From NCBI GenBank assembly GCA_047602405.1, contig JASGHJ010000001.1:704001-768000 (forward strand): a stretch of DNA of 64,000 nucleotides, given 5' to 3'. The translations under genes and the position numbers were made by a program. Shown piece by piece: positions 62,306-64,000 of the stretch; the first letter of the stretch is position 1, and every line of letters begins with the position of its first letter. The DNA is from Anaeromyxobacteraceae bacterium (GTDB taxonomy: Bacteria; Myxococcota; Myxococcia; Myxococcales; Anaeromyxobacteraceae). The notes beneath the pieces are model-generated. The model ran no database searches and was not told the origin of the DNA. It worked only from the letters and a program-made list of their open reading frames with translations.

Positions 62306-63730
62306 CTAGAGCTTCACCATCACGTGCCGGACCGCGGTGTAGTCCTCGAGCGCGTACGCCGAGAGGTCCTTGCCGTAGCCGGACTGCTTCACGCCGCCGT
62401 GCGGCATCTCCGAGACCAGCATGAAGTGCGTGTTGATCCAGGTCGCGCCGTACTGCAGCTGGGAAGCGACGGTCATGGCGCGCGACACGTCCTTCGTCCA
62501 GACGGAGGACGAGAGGCCGTAGTCGGAGTCGTTCGCCCACGCGATCGCCTGGTCGACGTCGTCGAACGGGGTCACGGTGACCACCGGGCCGAAGACCTCC
62601 TTCTTCACGATCTCGTCGTCCTGCCGCGCGCCGGCGACCACCGTCGGCTCGAAGAAGAAGCCCGCGCCGGCGCGAGGCTTCCCGCCGGCGGCGATGGTGA
62701 CGTGCTTCTGCGCGGCGGCGCGGTCGACGAAGCCCTTCACGCGGTCGCGGTGCGCGGCGGTGATGAGCGGGCCCATCTCGACGCCGGCCTCCTCCTGCGC
62801 GCCGACCTTGAGGCTCTTCGCGGCGCCGGAGAGGTCCGCCACGAGCTTCTCGTAGATCTTCTTCCCCGCGTAGACGCGGCAGGCGGCGGTGCAGTCCTGG
62901 CCGGCGTTGTAGAAGGAGAACGCGCGCAGGCCGCCCACCACCTGCTCGAGGTCCGCGTCGTCGAAGACGATCACCGGCGCCTTCCCGCCGAGCTCGAGGT
63001 GGGTGCGCATCAGCGACTTCGCGGCCTGCTCGAGGATCTTCTGGCCCGAGCCGATGGAGCCGGTGAGCGAGACCATCCGCACCTGCGGCTGCGAGACGAG
63101 CCCCGCGCCGACCGAGGGGCCGCGGCCGCAGACCACGTTCACGACGCCCTTCGGGAAGATGCCGTTCATGAGCTCGGCGAGCGCGAGGGTCGTGAGCGGG
63201 GTCTGCTCGGAGGGCTTCAGCACGACGGTGTTGCCCGCCGCGAGCGCCGGCCCGAGCTTCCAGGCCGCCATCATGAGCGGGTAGTTCCACGGCGCGATCG
63301 AGGCGACGACGCCCAGCGGATCGCGGCGGATCATGCTCGTGAAGCCGGGCGTGTACTCGCCGGCGACCGCGCCGGTCATGCTGCGGCAGGCGCCCGCGAA
63401 GAAGCGGAACACGTCGACGATGGCCGGGATCTCGTCGTTGAGCGCCGCCGGGGCGGGCTTGCCGGTGTTCCTCGACTCGAGCTTCGCGAGGTCGGCGCCC
63501 TTCTGCTCGATGGCGTCGGCGAGCCTGAGGAGGAGCGCGGCACGGTCGCGCGGCACGGTGCGGCTCCAGGCCGGGAACGCGGCGTCGGCGGCGCGCACGG
63601 CGGCGGCGACCTGCGCGGGCGAGGCCTCGTTGACCTCGCAGAGGACGGCGCCGGCGGCCGGGTCCAGGATCTTCTCGGCCGGGCCCTCGCCTTGCACGAG
63701 CTCACCGCCGATGAGGCACTTCAGGTTCAT
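62306..63730 (-). CDS. patD: Gamma-aminobutyraldehyde dehydrogenase (PatD/YdcW)
   Basis: [56 protein letters not shown]. Confidence 0.93.
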   Translation of the reverse strand: MNLKCLIGGELVQGEGPAEKILDPAAGAVLCEVNEASPAQVAAAVRAADAAFPAWSRTVPRDRAALLLRLADAIEQKGADLAKLESRNTGKPAPAALNDEIPAIVDVFRFFAGACRSMTGAVAGEYTPGFTSMIRRDPLGVVASIAPWNYPLMMAAWKLGPALAAGNTVVLKPSEQTPLTTLALAELMNGIFPKGVVNVVCGRGPSVGAGLVSQPQVRMVSLTGSIGSGQKILEQAAKSLMRTHLELGGKAPVIVFDDADLEQVVGGLRAFSFYNAGQDCTAACRVYAGKKIYEKLVADLSGAAKSLKVGAQEEAGVEMGPLITAAHRDRVKGFVDRAAAQKHVTIAAGGKPRAGAGFFFEPTVVAGARQDDEIVKKEVFGPVVTVTPFDDVDQAIAWANDSDYGLSSSVWTKDVSRAMTVASQLQYGATWINTHFMLVSEMPHGGVKQSGYGKDLSAYALEDYTAVRHVMVKL

Positions 63731-63736
63731 GGTCCC

Positions 63737-63785
63737 TCCTTCGACTTCGGCCCGCCTTCGGCGGGCCTACGCTCAGGATGAGCGG
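63737..63785 (-). repeat. REP-like family A, copy 6
   Basis: Minus strand CCGCTCATCCTGAGCGTA-GGCCCGCC-GAA-GGCGGGCC-GAAGTCGAAGGA. Confidence 0.85.
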
Positions 63786-63786
63786 A

Positions 63787-64000
63787 CTACTGGACCCCGC
63801 CGATGCAGAGGTACTTGACGACCACGTACTCCTCGATGCCGTACTTCGACCCCTCGCGGCCCACGCCCGACTCCTTCACGCCGCCGAACGGCGCGATCGC
63901 GGTCGAGATGAGGCCGGTGTTGAGGCCGACCATCCCGTACTCGAGCCGCTCCGAGACCCGGAACGCCCGCGCGAGGTCGCGGGTGTAGAAGTAGGACGCG
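63787..64000 (-). CDS. gabD: C-terminus of succinate-semialdehyde dehydrogenase (partial)
   Basis: [46 protein letters not shown]. Confidence 0.92.
   Translation of the reverse strand, partial: ASYFYTRDLARAFRVSERLEYGMVGLNTGLISTAIAPFGGVKESGVGREGSKYGIEEYVVVKYLCIGGVQ

Overview
Very GC-rich bacterial chromosome segment. Gene content and style (MJ0042-type zinc-ribbon protein, split nuo genes, PilZ, NtrC-type regulator) suggest an Anaeromyxobacter-like member of Myxococcota; this is inference. The left part (1-36 kb) is mostly housekeeping and envelope genes: ftsK, a GH144-like glucanase, a binding protein + hybrid kinase pair, plsY, two Yip1 paralogues, nuoE-F-J-K, HU, purF, ftsH and several peptidases. 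The right part (36-64 kb) is a large polyamine/omega-amino-acid catabolic region: gabD-patD-gabT-potFGHI-DUF3138 porin; a sigma54-type operon with a eukaryote-like GABA-T/Lat aminotransferase fused to a GNAT-like domain, an ALDH and a saccharopine-dehydrogenase-family enzyme; and mmsA-aminotransferase-ALDH-FAD oxidoreductase divergent from a PuuR-like regulator. A RelE/ParE TA pair, an exosortase K + VIT/vWA target pair and a TetR/4Fe-4S pair interrupt it. No rRNA, tRNA, CRISPR array or transposase was recognised. Main signals: (1) most apparent frameshifts sit on or next to GATC, probably a DNA-modification footprint in the sequencing; (2) a dispersed palindromic repeat with co-varying 8-bp stems and cGNAg triloops that nests in itself and supplies ribosome-binding sites; (3) the aminotransferase-GNAT fusion operon; (4) recurrent TANNNT boxes 6-11 nt before start codons, suggesting leaderless mRNAs. 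All calls come from reading motifs by eye; no searches were run.
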